A stretch of DNA of 64,000 nucleotides, from positions 47,051 to 111,050 of IMG/VR virus record IMGVR_UViG_3300045051_000179. The stretch is one strand, 5' to 3'. Positions within the stretch are counted from its first letter, which is position 1; each line of letters opens with the position of its first letter. The notes under the pieces were generated by a model, which saw only the letters and a program-made list of their open reading frames with translations, was not told the origin of the DNA and did no database searches. Source of the stretch: a virus. Lineage: Duplodnaviria > Heunggongvirae > Uroviricota > Caudoviricetes. Positions 63,723-64,000 of the stretch are shown one piece after another. The position numbers and the translations under genes were made by a program.

Positions 63723-63739
63723 TACCTGAATGACGGTCT

Positions 63740-63898
63740 GTCATGCTTCCATCACCACTTCATGGTCAGTGAGGGCATATCCTTCCTCATAGCCACCATG
63801 ATTTTCTAGTTCCTCCATGGCTATCCTCTCCGAGATAAAGATGTTCACAACACCCCAGATGCCATCAGCATGCTCGTGCCAGAGAATCCAGACTGTCA
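63740..63898 (-). CDS. Possible 52-aa ORF upstream of the leftward promoter.
   Basis: Has ATG at 63898 and a gaggaag stretch upstream, but no recognisable motif. Very tentative. Confidence 0.2.
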
Positions 63899-64000
63899 TG
63901 CTTCCTCTACCCATCCTCTCACAACATTGTAGCCTCGACTAAGAGCCTGCATCATTCGATGCCCTCCCACACTGTTACTAGTATGGACAATGAATAGGCC

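Overview
This window looks like most of a tailed dsDNA phage or prophage genome of the HK97-fold siphovirus type. Overall GC is moderate (roughly 50-55% by eye), and strong AGGAGG-type ribosome-binding sites are frequent. Two transcriptional blocks converge on a bidirectional rho-independent terminator near 29.9 kb. Block 1 (1-29.8 kb) is entirely on the + strand and carries the late/structural genes: the C-terminal nuclease half of the large terminase (truncated by the window edge), portal, a prohead protease fused to a scaffold domain, major capsid protein, a GT4 glycosyltransferase embedded in the head module, connector proteins, major tail protein, the G/GT tail-chaperone pair with an overlapping frameshift ORF, tape measure protein, minor tail and fibre proteins, a free-standing LAGLIDADG homing-endonuclease insertion with its own consensus promoter, and two adjacent fibre-like genes built from about 40 tandem 15-residue repeats. 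Block 2 (30-63.5 kb) is entirely on the - strand and is probably driven from a consensus sigma70-type promoter at about 63.7 kb, followed by a roughly 250-nt structured leader. Reading from the promoter leftwards, it carries a tyrosine integrase; a translationally coupled Macro / dual-specificity-phosphatase / SLOG(DUF2493) operon; two paralogous lipoproteins; a small island of much higher GC; a GuaC-like GMP reductase; a Cas4-like nuclease; many zinc-ribbon mini-proteins; an SPFH/band-7 protein with a small membrane partner; a DnaQ-like exonuclease; a second LAGLIDADG protein; the DnaB helicase; an RlpA-like DPBB protein; a second dual-specificity phosphatase; a beta sliding clamp; a sigma region-4-like protein; an SSB-like protein; MazG; the DnaG primase; a holin and GH73 endolysin lysis cassette; a nucleotide-sugar-type modification cluster (hexapeptide acyltransferase, GT2, Gfo/Idh/MocA oxidoreductase, HAD phosphatase); and an endonuclease VII. 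No tRNA, rRNA or CRISPR array was found by eye. All functional calls rest on motif-level recognition in the supplied translations, not on database searches.
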